DNA of 54,512 nucleotides from Candidatus Hodarchaeota archaeon (GTDB lineage Archaea; Asgardarchaeota; Heimdallarchaeia; Hodarchaeales; Hodarchaeaceae), in NCBI GenBank assembly GCA_016839785.1, contig JAEOTQ010000202.1:1-54512 (forward strand). Direction: 5' to 3'. Positions within the stretch are counted from its first letter, which is position 1; every line of letters starts with the position of its first letter. The position numbers and the translations under genes are program-made. Below are positions 36,746 to 45,842 of this stretch, piece by piece. The notes beneath the pieces are model-generated. The model did not search any database and was not told where the DNA came from. It worked only from the letters and a program-made list of their open reading frames with translations.

Positions 36746-39202
36746 ATGGCAGTATCATCAGATCTAGTATTAGGAATATTTTTAATAGTCCTTGCTATGA
36801 TAGTGGTGGTCGGTTTAGCTGGTTATTCGCTTATTCAAGTTCTCTTTTACGGTAGAAAGAGGTACGTTCTTCAAAAAACTCCTTCTAAAGGGGCAGATTC
36901 CGTATTGACTGGAGCTGACTTATCAAGAGATATGACGGTGACTCAAGCTACCATGACGGGAGTTGGAGCCATGATCGGAGCAGGAATATTTGTATTAACA
37001 GGAATTGCTGCTGGAATTGCTGGTCCAGGACTTTTAGTTGCTTTTGCGTTTAACGGTGTTATCGCCACTTTGATTGCCATGGTTTATGCAGAACTAGGTT
37101 CTGCAATGCCGGAAGCGGGTGGAGGCTATATTTGGGCTCGTGCTGGTCTTGGAGAAACTCAAGGTTTTTTTTCTGGGTGGATGAGCTGGTTTGCAGCAGC
37201 AGTTGCGGGGTCTCTTTATGCTCTGGGATTTGGAGCATATTTTGTAGCATTTTTATCGAATATTGGGATAGGGATCCCCGAAAACTCTATTTTTATTGTC
37301 GAAAAAACGATCGCCGTTATTATAATTATTCTTTTTCTACTCATTAATCAATTAGGTTCCTCAGTAATGGGTAAAGCCGAAGTATGGATTTCTGGAGCCA
37401 AAATTTTGATTCTGGTGTTCTTCATTGTGACAGGGCTTTTAATAATGACTGGAAATCCCACTCAAGCACTAAATAATATTGATAACTTTTTTCCGAAGGG
37501 ATTTTTTACTATTTTCATGGCAATGGGTTTCACATTTATCGCATTTGAAGGATATGAAGTTGTATGCCAAACTGGGGAAGAAATCTATGATCCAAAAGTA
37601 AGCATCCCAAAATCTGTAATTTTATCGGTCTTAATTGTCATTCCAATTTATCTACTTGTTGGACTTGTCTCATTAGGTGCATTTACTGCCCCTGGTGGAA
37701 TACAAACCTATGAATTTCTTAGTCAACATCAAGAACTTGGATTGTTATTTGCCGCAGAACAAATGCTCCCAGGATTGGGATTAGTTGTAATCCTCTTTGG
37801 AGGGTTGCTTAGTACCCTTTCTGCATTGAATGCAGCAATTTATTCTTCAACTCGGGTGGCCTTTGCTCTAGGTCGAGATGGCTCACTTCCATCAAAACTC
37901 GGAACTGTTTCTCCAAAGCGTCATACTCCAATGACATCGATTAATGTCACAGGACTTCTTATATTAATTATGGCGGTAATAATTCCTATTGACACCGTTG
38001 CAGCTTCCGCAGACTTTATGTTCATGATTTTATTTGGTCAAGTCTTATTAGCCTCTGTAATAATTCGGAAGAAGGTTCGGAAGTCTAGGGAAAAACTTGA
38101 TTATGGATATAAAACCCCAATTTTCCCTCTAATTCCTCTAATGGGTGGGATAGCTCTAGCCATAATCTTTGTTTTCACACTAATCCTGCACATTGAAGCT
38201 TTCATTACCACTTTAATTTGGTTAGCTCTGGGTTCGATGGTTTATTTTGCTTTTGCTCGAAGTAGAACCCCCATGAAAGTATCTTCAAGATTAGAAAAGC
38301 ATACAAAAATTAGAGCAGATTATATCCCTGAGGCTTTCTTTACCACAGTCTGTGAGAATATCCTTGTCCCTTTAGCAGGAAAGGATTATGAATGGGACGC
38401 ATTCCGGATAGCAGTTCACATTGCCCATGAATTCGGGCAGAAAATAACTCTTTATCACTATGGTTTCGAACTCGAAGAGAAATTTGAGACATATACTAAA
38501 AGATTACTTGAATTCCATATTCCCTACGAACTGAGGATTTTTAATCCAGAAAAGCATACATATAAGCCACAGGATATTGTCCAACATTTATGTGATATCA
38601 CTTCGACTGGAATTTATCAACTAGCTATCTTACCGTCTCGTAGGAATCGAAAATTTTTCCAAAGAAGTTTATCTCATGATTCTATTCGTAAAATGCCAAT
38701 TCCTGGTCTTGAAGTGTTTCCCTGTCAAGACTGTAAGAAAAAGGAACATTTCACATTCAATCAAGTTGGAGCATTAACTCCAGGTACGAAACGTGATCAA
38801 TTCCTGCTTCAGATTGGGATTTCCGTTGTTTCATCTACGAAGATGTCAGATTTAGTCGCGTATCACTGGACTGAAGTGCCCGATTTAATTACTCCTAAAG
38901 TCATGTCAGAAGCACCAGGAGTTCAAGAGAATACAGCGATCTTTTTACACAATATAGGAGAAGCCCTCAGAATGGGAATTCCTATTCAACAGCGTCATGT
39001 TCTTGGACACAATTTCGTGAGAAGTATCAGCGATATAGTCCAAGAAGATAATCTTGATCTCCTAATTTTGGGGTATGGAAAACCCAGAATGAGTAAGCGG
39101 CCGTCAGAAAAGCTAGTTAATAATATCAAATGTACTGCAGTAGTATTTCATGGTCGTCCTGAATTTAAATACAAACACGGACTCAATCCCTCTTTATCCT
39201 GA
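36746..39202 (+). CDS. APC-family amino acid permease with C-terminal USP-like domains
   Basis: GAMIGAGIF, YAELGSAMPEAGGGY and FIAFEGYE. The cytoplasmic tail has 'NILVPL' and 'DLLILG'. Confidence 0.9.
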   Translation: MAVSSDLVLGIFLIVLAMIVVVGLAGYSLIQVLFYGRKRYVLQKTPSKGADSVLTGADLSRDMTVTQATMTGVGAMIGAGIFVLTGIAAGIAGPGLLVAFAFNGVIATLIAMVYAELGSAMPEAGGGYIWARAGLGETQGFFSGWMSWFAAAVAGSLYALGFGAYFVAFLSNIGIGIPENSIFIVEKTIAVIIIILFLLINQLGSSVMGKAEVWISGAKILILVFFIVTGLLIMTGNPTQALNNIDNFFPKGFFTIFMAMGFTFIAFEGYEVVCQTGEEIYDPKVSIPKSVILSVLIVIPIYLLVGLVSLGAFTAPGGIQTYEFLSQHQELGLLFAAEQMLPGLGLVVILFGGLLSTLSALNAAIYSSTRVAFALGRDGSLPSKLGTVSPKRHTPMTSINVTGLLILIMAVIIPIDTVAASADFMFMILFGQVLLASVIIRKKVRKSREKLDYGYKTPIFPLIPLMGGIALAIIFVFTLILHIEAFITTLIWLALGSMVYFAFARSRTPMKVSSRLEKHTKIRADYIPEAFFTTVCENILVPLAGKDYEWDAFRIAVHIAHEFGQKITLYHYGFELEEKFETYTKRLLEFHIPYELRIFNPEKHTYKPQDIVQHLCDITSTGIYQLAILPSRRNRKFFQRSLSHDSIRKMPIPGLEVFPCQDCKKKEHFTFNQVGALTPGTKRDQFLLQIGISVVSSTKMSDLVAYHWTEVPDLITPKVMSEAPGVQENTAIFLHNIGEALRMGIPIQQRHVLGHNFVRSISDIVQEDNLDLLILGYGKPRMSKRPSEKLVNNIKCTAVVFHGRPEFKYKHGLNPSLS

Positions 39203-39265
39203 TGACAAAGTTTTTTGGTAAAAAAGAATTTTCTAATTTACTTAGAAATAGGAGGATTTAGAGCA

Positions 39266-40288
39266 TTGAGCAATTATAAACGCGTAGCAATTTACCTACA
39301 AGATAAGCACAGTATACCTGAGTCGATGGAATTCGCTAAATATGCTGAAAAAAAAGGATTCGAAGCAATTTGGCAGGCAGAAAGTCGATTAGCTAGAGTA
39401 GCATCGGTACCAATGGCCGCTATGGCAGCTGTTACAAAAGAAATAAAACTAGGATCGGGAGTTATAAATAATTTAGTTACAGTAGCCCCTGCAGTTGCTG
39501 CTACATTTTCTACTATGGATCAAATGGCACCTGGAAGATTTATTTGTGGAATTGGCGCTTGGTGGGAACCACTTGCAAGTAAAGTTGGTACACCTAGGAC
39601 AAAACCACTAAAAAGAATGAGAGAGTATGTTACTGTATTAAAAAAGCTCTTTAATATGGAAACTGTTACTTTTGATGGTGAATTTGTAAAAGTTGACGGA
39701 ATCACCCTAGATATTGTTCATGGAGACCCTGATAAGGCCAGAGAGGTTCCAATCTACATAGGAGCTACAGGCATGAAGATGATGGAATTAACAGGGGAAC
39801 TATGCGGCCAAAAGCTCGCCGATGGTGTTGTCCTGAATTATATGGTGACACCTGATTATAACAAAACTGCTTTAAAACACCTTGAAATCGGAGCCAAACG
39901 CGGTGGAGGATCGCTAGATGATATAGACCGTCCTCAACTAATCGTTTGTTCAATGGATCACGATCGAGACAAGGCATTAGATGCGGCCCGTGAATTGCTC
40001 ACACAATATATGGGACAGCAGCCACATTTAATGAAAGCTAGTAAAATGCCACAAGACATCTTAGATAAAATACATGCAGAACTTACGTGGCCAGCTACCA
40101 GGGAACAAATTAGAAAAGCCATGAGACATATCCCTGATGAAATTGTTCAGAAAATAACTGCAAGTGGGACTCCTGATGAGTGTTATGATCGTGTTCAACA
40201 ATGGGTTGATAATGGTTGTACATGTCCTATTCTCTATCAACTCTCTGATGATGTTAAGTTAATGATCGATACCTTTGCTCAAAAATAA
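39266..40288 (+). CDS. LLM-class (Mer-like) flavin/F420-dependent oxidoreductase
   Basis: [23 protein letters not shown] and [11 protein letters not shown] start follows GGAGG. Confidence 0.9.
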   Translation: MSNYKRVAIYLQDKHSIPESMEFAKYAEKKGFEAIWQAESRLARVASVPMAAMAAVTKEIKLGSGVINNLVTVAPAVAATFSTMDQMAPGRFICGIGAWWEPLASKVGTPRTKPLKRMREYVTVLKKLFNMETVTFDGEFVKVDGITLDIVHGDPDKAREVPIYIGATGMKMMELTGELCGQKLADGVVLNYMVTPDYNKTALKHLEIGAKRGGGSLDDIDRPQLIVCSMDHDRDKALDAARELLTQYMGQQPHLMKASKMPQDILDKIHAELTWPATREQIRKAMRHIPDEIVQKITASGTPDECYDRVQQWVDNGCTCPILYQLSDDVKLMIDTFAQK

Positions 40289-40306
40289 AGAAAGAAATCT
40301 TTAATA

Positions 40307-40339
40307 GAAGTAGATAATAAATTCTACTTCCCTTTTTTT
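40307..40339 (+). terminator. Hairpin plus T-tract terminator
   Basis: GAAGTAGA-N8-TCTACTTC followed by CC-T7, between convergent genes. Confidence 0.6.
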
Positions 40340-40367
40340 CGAAGAACTTGAATATGAGAATCTTTCC

Positions 40368-40988
40368 TCAATGGAGAAATTCTAGCATCATCACGAGAAT
40401 TGCTGTTACAACTCCAGCCACAATCATCCTGAGACCATAAAGGAATTTGTTCTCATCAGATATAACCCCCAAATAAGCCCCCAAAACAAATAACGTAGTG
40501 GCTGTCAATAAGATCGAACTAACAAAAGCAAATTCAATATCAAATTTAAATAATGGTGCAAAGAAATAAGGCATAAAACTGATTGATGCAGCTACAAAAG
40601 GACTGATACCATCGACGATAGCTACGAATATTGAGGATACCTGAGCTGCCTGATCATGAACAGTGTCATTAATTTCCTCTAACATTGCACTTTCTTTTTC
40701 TGCTAGCTCTTGTTTTTTCACAGCCGATTCAGTTAAGTATGCACCAAATCCACCGCTAACTCCCATCGCAATACTTGCCCCTAGACCTGCTAACAATATT
40801 GTCGAAGGTTCCTCGACATTTGCTAACATCGATCCAATAATTATTCCCAACGCAGTTAATGATCCATCAAAAGAATTCATTACCATATAGCGTCTCGCTA
40901 TTCCACCTGTTCCTCCCATGGATAAGAGCTCTTTAAGCTTTGAAATTGAAATCACAGATAATTCCGCACAAATACTGGGAATATTCAT
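40368..40988 (-). CDS. VIT1/CCC1-family metal transporter
   Basis: NSFDGSLT and AMGVSG..GAYLTE motifs; five TM segments. Confidence 0.85.
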   Translation of the reverse strand: MNIPSICAELSVISISKLKELLSMGGTGGIARRYMVMNSFDGSLTALGIIIGSMLANVEEPSTILLAGLGASIAMGVSGGFGAYLTESAVKKQELAEKESAMLEEINDTVHDQAAQVSSIFVAIVDGISPFVAASISFMPYFFAPLFKFDIEFAFVSSILLTATTLFVLGAYLGVISDENKFLYGLRMIVAGVVTAILVMMLEFLH

Positions 40989-41055
40989 CCTATTTGAAAG
41001 AATTATGTTCCTAAAAATGTTCTAGAAATTTCTTTACAATTACTTAAACTAGTAG

Positions 41056-42339
41056 TCACTTCTTCATACGACCTAATAATTGTTTTAACTTTTCTAAATC
41101 GGGTGTGATCGCATCATATATCGTCACGTTCTCAAAAACGACTTCAGGATCTTTAAAACCAGTACCTGTAATAGGAAGTACAACAAAATCACTCGGATCA
41201 ATAGTTCCATCGTTTACTAATGCTTCTAATCCCGCTAATGCGGCTGTCCCTGATGGTTCTCCAAAAATTCCCTCATCTGCTGCTAACCAGCGTTGAGTTC
41301 TCAATATATCTGATTCGTTTACAGCCACAGCAGACCCTTGACTCTCATATATTGCTTCTAGTGCCTCATTCCCGTCCCAAGGGTGGGGATCTGCCAAACC
41401 TCCAGCGACTGTATTTGGTGTTTTCGTCCAATCTATGAAATTCAAAGGCTTAACCTTCTTATTTACAGAGTTAACAATCGGTGCACATTCTGCGGGTTGA
41501 ACAGCGACCATTTTAGGCAATTTATCAATAAAGTCTAAGTGTTGAAACTCAATAAATCCTTGGAAGGTACCCGCAAGAAGACCACCACTTCCTGTATTGC
41601 ATAATATCCAATCTGGTACTTCCCATTTACTTTGTTCACATATTTCAAATCCTAAACTCTTTGTTCCTTCAAACTGGAATGGATTAAATGGTCCGAATGA
41701 AGGGCTAGGAGTCCAATTGTACTCTTTATAGGCCTTTTTAAATAAAGCAACTGTCGGATCTTCCCCTTCCTTCACAACAGAGACTTTTATAACCTTTGCT
41801 CCAAGAAATATTAACTGAGCTATTTTTCCTTGAGGTGCATGTTCAGGTACAAATACAACTGCATCCAAATTCGATCGTGCTGCAAATGTTGCCAAAGCTG
41901 CAGCTGCATTACCACTAGATGCTGCGGTAACTGTTGTAGATCCTAGTTCTTTTGCTTTCGAGACACCTACTGAAATGGGTCGATCTTTAAAACTTCCTGA
42001 AGGATTGGCTGATTCAATTTTTAGAAAAAGATTCTTCACTCCAATCTTCTTCGCAATTTTCTCCGTTTTGAGAAAAGGTGTCCCTCCAGTCCCTAACTTA
42101 ATCAAATTATCTGTTTTTTTCAATGGGTAAAATTCTACATATCGTTCATGGTTGAAAGGTCTTTTATCAAGTAAATTCTTTGTAATTGCTTCTCTCAGCT
42201 CATCATACTTAAATGATATTTGTAACCTGTAACCACAACCACAGTATTTCTTAATAAAATCTTCTTCCTCAATTTTAGCTCTACATTTTGGGCATATAAG
42301 AACCGAATCATAAAATTGCTGGGATCCTCTTTTCAACAC
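41056..42339 (-). CDS. thrC: Threonine synthase-like PLP enzyme
   Basis: N-terminal Cys knuckle, NPSGSFKDR, ASSGN, EGTKS, TGSGG and ITGTGFKD. Confidence 0.85.
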   Translation of the reverse strand: MLKRGSQQFYDSVLICPKCRAKIEEEDFIKKYCGCGYRLQISFKYDELREAITKNLLDKRPFNHERYVEFYPLKKTDNLIKLGTGGTPFLKTEKIAKKIGVKNLFLKIESANPSGSFKDRPISVGVSKAKELGSTTVTAASSGNAAAALATFAARSNLDAVVFVPEHAPQGKIAQLIFLGAKVIKVSVVKEGEDPTVALFKKAYKEYNWTPSPSFGPFNPFQFEGTKSLGFEICEQSKWEVPDWILCNTGSGGLLAGTFQGFIEFQHLDFIDKLPKMVAVQPAECAPIVNSVNKKVKPLNFIDWTKTPNTVAGGLADPHPWDGNEALEAIYESQGSAVAVNESDILRTQRWLAADEGIFGEPSGTAALAGLEALVNDGTIDPSDFVVLPITGTGFKDPEVVFENVTIYDAITPDLEKLKQLLGRMKK

Positions 42340-42383
42340 AATTACACTCCAAATAAATTCAAATTCTATTCCAGTTGATAGTC

Positions 42384-43853
42384 TTAGAGGATACCCACTT
42401 TTGTATTAAACTGGTTGATTAACTCATCCAGCTGAGGAGTCATTTTATGGATAGAGGACCAATATGAGTCATCATACCACTGCCGATTTAATTCCTCTAA
42501 AGTTTTACCTTGCTGTTCAATCCAAGTGAAATACTTCAGATTATGAACTCGTTTCTTTTGGACATAATCAAGTTCAAGGATGTAGTCGGTTTTGATTGAT
42601 TGGATAGAACGGTGATAATCAATGGCTGCGTGAATTTTTTCATACTGCCCAAAATGTTCTCGGAGTTCTTTCACACGAGATTGGTACATTTCCATTGAGT
42701 CAGTAAATACTGTAACAATCATATCTTTATTTGTCATTTCATAATATTTTGCCATTTTGATAGCAAACAGTACGTTAGCCATACTAGAAATTCCAAGGAG
42801 ATGTAATTGATTCACGATATTCTCTGAGACACCAATATCATTTTTCAAGTATTTAAGTCCTGCAGGTTCATTAAATAGGCGAACCCAGTTCATGGCATCA
42901 GCATCATCAATAGCAACAATAAAATCAGTGTTTTTGACATTGTGCACCCAGGGTACATGTTTATCCCCAATCCCTTCAATCCGATGGGCACCGAATCCAT
43001 TCATATATAATGTGGGACACTGTACTGATTCCCCAGCTGCAATAAAGCCGGTTGGAAAATGTTCTTTCAAGAAATCTCCTGCAGCAAGAGTTCCAGCACT
43101 TCCAGTGGTAAAAACACATCCTCTGTACGACCCACCATGGATTTCCTTATCTATGACTTCTTTAATCGCATTACCCGTGACTTCATAATGCCACAGATGA
43201 TTACCAAATTCATCAAATTGATTAAAAATAGCAATATCATCTCCTCTCTCTGCTGTTAATTCGTGACATTTATCATAAATCTCCTTAACATTGGATTCAC
43301 TTCCTGGAGTAGCAATTACTTCACCAGCAACCGTACTAAGCCATTCAAATCGTTCTTTACTCATTTCTTCGGGTAAAATAGCGATCGATTCACATGCTAG
43401 AATACTTGAATCATACGCACCACCTCTACAGTAATTTCCTGTACTTGGCCATACTGCTTTTTGAGACGTCGGATCAAATTGACCTGTCACTAGCCGTGGA
43501 ACCAAACACCCAAAGGCTGCCCCTACCTTATGTGCTCCAGTTGGAAACCATTTTCCTACCAAAGCAATGATTCGGGCCTCAACTCCTGTCAATTCAGGTG
43601 GTAGTTCAATATAGTTAGCTAGTTCTCGATATCCTCCACCCTTCTCTATTGGTTGATTTTTCCATGAAATTCGGAAAAGGTTTCTCGGAGCAACCTCCCA
43701 CAAACTCAACGCTTTAATTTCCTCTTTAATACGGTCTGGTACATATTTTACTGGATTCTTTTGTTCCTTATAAGTTGGAATGATAATATTTCTTTCTTTT
43801 GCACGTTCTACAGCACGTTTTAGGATTTCTTCATTCTTTGTTAAATCTATCAA
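42384..43853 (-). CDS. PLP-dependent fold-type II enzyme (cysteine synthase-like)
   Basis: FPTGAHKVG, PSTGNY, GSAGT and HRIEGIG motifs. Confidence 0.85.
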   Translation of the reverse strand: MIDLTKNEEILKRAVERAKERNIIIPTYKEQKNPVKYVPDRIKEEIKALSLWEVAPRNLFRISWKNQPIEKGGGYRELANYIELPPELTGVEARIIALVGKWFPTGAHKVGAAFGCLVPRLVTGQFDPTSQKAVWPSTGNYCRGGAYDSSILACESIAILPEEMSKERFEWLSTVAGEVIATPGSESNVKEIYDKCHELTAERGDDIAIFNQFDEFGNHLWHYEVTGNAIKEVIDKEIHGGSYRGCVFTTGSAGTLAAGDFLKEHFPTGFIAAGESVQCPTLYMNGFGAHRIEGIGDKHVPWVHNVKNTDFIVAIDDADAMNWVRLFNEPAGLKYLKNDIGVSENIVNQLHLLGISSMANVLFAIKMAKYYEMTNKDMIVTVFTDSMEMYQSRVKELREHFGQYEKIHAAIDYHRSIQSIKTDYILELDYVQKKRVHNLKYFTWIEQQGKTLEELNRQWYDDSYWSSIHKMTPQLDELINQFNTKVGIL

Positions 43854-44210
43854 AATTGTTACCTCAATTCCAATTGACTGGTAAATGCGAATTTGTTATT
43901 CAAGATAAGGTAATTCCTGAAATCAAACCTTATCACAATTTTGGGGTGTATAAAGGCCATCTCTTGAAATTATATTAATATTATCCGACAAACAATTAGA
44001 TAACTCCTCTCAATTGTCAATATTCTTTTTACGCTTGATAAAATTCAAGAATTTTCTGACAACATCATCTAGAAAAGTAAGAATTTCATCAATCCTAAAC
44101 TGCAGAACATTAAAAAGTGACCAAAACCATGGTGAAGGCAAAGCTTTAGATAAAATAATTCCAGATAATACACGTTTCTTATCATTTGTTTCAATGGAGA
44201 CTAAATATGT

Positions 44211-45350
44211 TTACCTTTTCCTTCTTCTGTACACCATTATTGAGACAAGGGTCATAGTATTCAGTAGGATATTCGAAAATCCTGAAGTTATTTGTGTTAT
44301 TTGAGAGGTTGTAGTTGTAGCAGTAGTAGTGGTAGTAGTAGTAGACGACGGCGTGGAAGTCTTTTCTTTGATAACACTAATCATTAAATTATTTACAACG
44401 TAATTACCAAATTCATCGTAGACTGTTAATTTTAGGAGATAATTTCCAATTGAAAATCCGTTAAAGCTAATCGAAATGGAATTCTTCTGCAGATATGCAG
44501 TTTGTAACTCGACACCGTCTAGAAATATTGAATACGAAGATGGATGTTCCTCATTTATTGACCAATTTACAATTACCTGATCATTTTCATATACTGTAAC
44601 TAAATCTACAGCATCTATTATCACAGGAGGTTGAGTATCATTTTCATTTACTGGAAAAGTAATATAATTTGTATATGCCATTTCCACAATCCAATCCTGC
44701 TCTGATGGTGAGCGATCCATTTCTAGTTTTTCATCCCATTCGGGAATATTTGGAGGATTCAAAGATTCATTATACGCTATATACACATAGTCCCAATCAA
44801 TAGTTGCCTGATAACTCCTTGACCATAATACACCAAAACGAACTTCATTTAATGATTCTCTCTCGTCAGCTCTACGTTGGGTCGTCCAAGGTCCTCCTAA
44901 AGATTGATTATCCACATAAACATTTAAATCTCCCGAAAGAGCTGTTATACGATAGGTGTGCCATTGGGAGGCATTAAAAGAATCGTTATCGTTCCATCTG
45001 AAATATTGGTAAGTAGCATATTCAACATCGATAAAATGGTGGCCAATAGATACTATGAACCAATCTACACCATCTGACACATAAATCCCCATTGGTCCAT
45101 GAACACCCTCTAAATCTTCAATAAGCCGTGATCTAATGTCGATAGTAATTCCATCATCTCGGAAAATTGAACCTGGTTTGTAATAATTACAACTAAGATC
45201 TGAATGATCAATCATCCTCATAAAATCCTCGGTCTCTTCATTTATGTCTTGAGAACCACTTGAATTTTCGCTAGTCTCTATGATCCCAACATAAGAGAAG
45301 GAGAGGATTACTAATACTCCTAACAGAAAAATTCTTTTCATTGATTTCAC
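44211..45350 (-). CDS. Surface protein, copy A: ConA/LamG-like domain, Ig-like domain, Thr-rich linker, SGF-TM-basic anchor
   Basis: Signal peptide; WHTYR...VYVD...RFG...WDYV; D.FGN; poly-Thr; TSGF followed by TM and RRRKR. Confidence 0.8.
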   Translation of the reverse strand: MKSMKRIFLLGVLVILSFSYVGIIETSENSSGSQDINEETEDFMRMIDHSDLSCNYYKPGSIFRDDGITIDIRSRLIEDLEGVHGPMGIYVSDGVDWFIVSIGHHFIDVEYATYQYFRWNDNDSFNASQWHTYRITALSGDLNVYVDNQSLGGPWTTQRRADERESLNEVRFGVLWSRSYQATIDWDYVYIAYNESLNPPNIPEWDEKLEMDRSPSEQDWIVEMAYTNYITFPVNENDTQPPVIIDAVDLVTVYENDQVIVNWSINEEHPSSYSIFLDGVELQTAYLQKNSISISFNGFSIGNYLLKLTVYDEFGNYVVNNLMISVIKEKTSTPSSTTTTTTTATTTTSQITQITSGFSNILLNTMTLVSIMVYRRRKR

Positions 45351-45416
45351 CCACTTATGTTACAATATGTTCTACAACACCATATTAAAACTCTTATTCC
45401 AGATTCAGGGATCACA

Positions 45417-45842
45417 CTATTGGACATTTTGAACAATTGTGGCGATACCAACCCCTCCGCCCCCACATAGAGTTTGAATACCGTAACGTTGGTTCGTATT
45501 AACAAGAAAATGTACCATATTAGTGAAGAATTGAACTCCAGACGAACCAATCGGATAACCAATTGCAATTGCTCCTCCATAAGGATTTACTCTTGGATCA
45601 TCAAATGAATAGTCAAAATGCTTAGCAAACGCCAAACAGGGAGAAGCAAATGCTTCATTGGGTTCTATACAATGCATATCAGCCATCGTCAAATCTCCTG
45701 CCCTAGTTAAAGCTCGTTCCATGGCAGGAATGGGTCCAGTAAGCATTAATTGTGGATCGTCCCCAGCTACAGATGTCGATAAGACTTTAACAAAAGGTTT
45801 GAGTCCCAATTCATCTGCTTTCTCTCGTGCCATTAACATCAC
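45417..45842 (-). pseudogene. Thiolase 3' fragment with catalytic His->Tyr
   Basis: 141 codons with 14 aa differences from the last 141 aa of 50792..52078. GYPIG replaces GHPIG and the N-terminal domain is absent. Confidence 0.85.

Larger units (their letters stand above)
44128..45842. repeat. Diverged direct duplication, copy A
   Basis: Conserved tail, surface-protein gene and thiolase 3' end, colinear with 49461-51217. Confidence 0.9.

Noticed and set aside
44014-44304. 96-aa plus-strand ORF over the conserved tail
   Set aside because: It has a TTG start, overlaps the surface gene antisense, and its frame is broken by an indel in copy B.
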